From Lama glama (Eukaryota), in NCBI GenBank assembly GCA_028534125.1, contig CM052817.1, forward strand, positions 104,720,001-104,784,000: a DNA stretch of 64,000 bases, written 5' to 3'. The notes under the pieces were generated by a model. That model saw only the letters and a program-made list of their open reading frames with translations. It had not been told where the DNA came from and made no database searches. Every line of letters starts with the position of its first letter. Position 1 is the stretch's first letter. The position numbers and the translations under genes were made by a program. Below are positions 63,983 through 64,000 of this stretch, one piece after another.

Positions 63983-64000
63983 TAATAATTGAATCTGTGA
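63983..64000 (+). CDS. NAF1: NAF1 coding exon 4, start only (V-I-I-E-S-V..., runs off the window)
   Basis: tttttcag| acceptor. G from exon 3 plus TA gives GTA ATA ATT GAA TCT GTG, continuing NAF1 'EQLVIIES'. Confidence 0.9.

Noticed and set aside
1..64000. CRISPR arrays, operons or prokaryotic defence systems
   Set aside because: The sequence is mammalian (spliced gene, L1/L2/MIR/ERV) and has no repeat-spacer arrays.

Overview
Mammalian genomic DNA, most likely a camelid or related cetartiodactyl, judged from the L1 3' tails and the apparent absence of BovB, Bov-tA, PRE-1 and Alu SINEs. It contains two fixed 500-N scaffold gaps. The right third holds the 5' part of NAF1 (H/ACA snoRNP and telomerase RNA assembly factor) on the + strand: a CpG-island promoter at ~43.7-44.5 kb and coding exons 44037-44302, 46713-46881, 60884-60977 and 63983-(>64000), with GT-AG boundaries that splice in frame. 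The left two-thirds are repeat-rich intergenic DNA. The most structured object is a nested retroviral stack at 3.66-15.6 kb. An old ERV1 (MER4-group-like) provirus with paired LTRs and a tRNA-Ser PBS hosts two insertions. One is an internally deleted HERV-H/F-like gammaretroviral provirus (tRNA-His PBS, gag with two CCHC knuckles, UGA gag stop, pro, RT, env tail). The other is a 5'-truncated L1 with a perfect 15-bp TSD. Further ERV1 solo LTRs (several with 4-bp TSDs), a chimeric two-family LTR element, a Tigger2-type MITE and many L1/L2/MIR/MaLR relics fill the rest. I found no convincing new gene or biological system. The best leads are the HERV-H-like element, the chimeric LTR and the uniform minus-strand orientation of ERV1 insertions upstream of NAF1. 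Repeat family names are from recalled consensus features, not from a database search.
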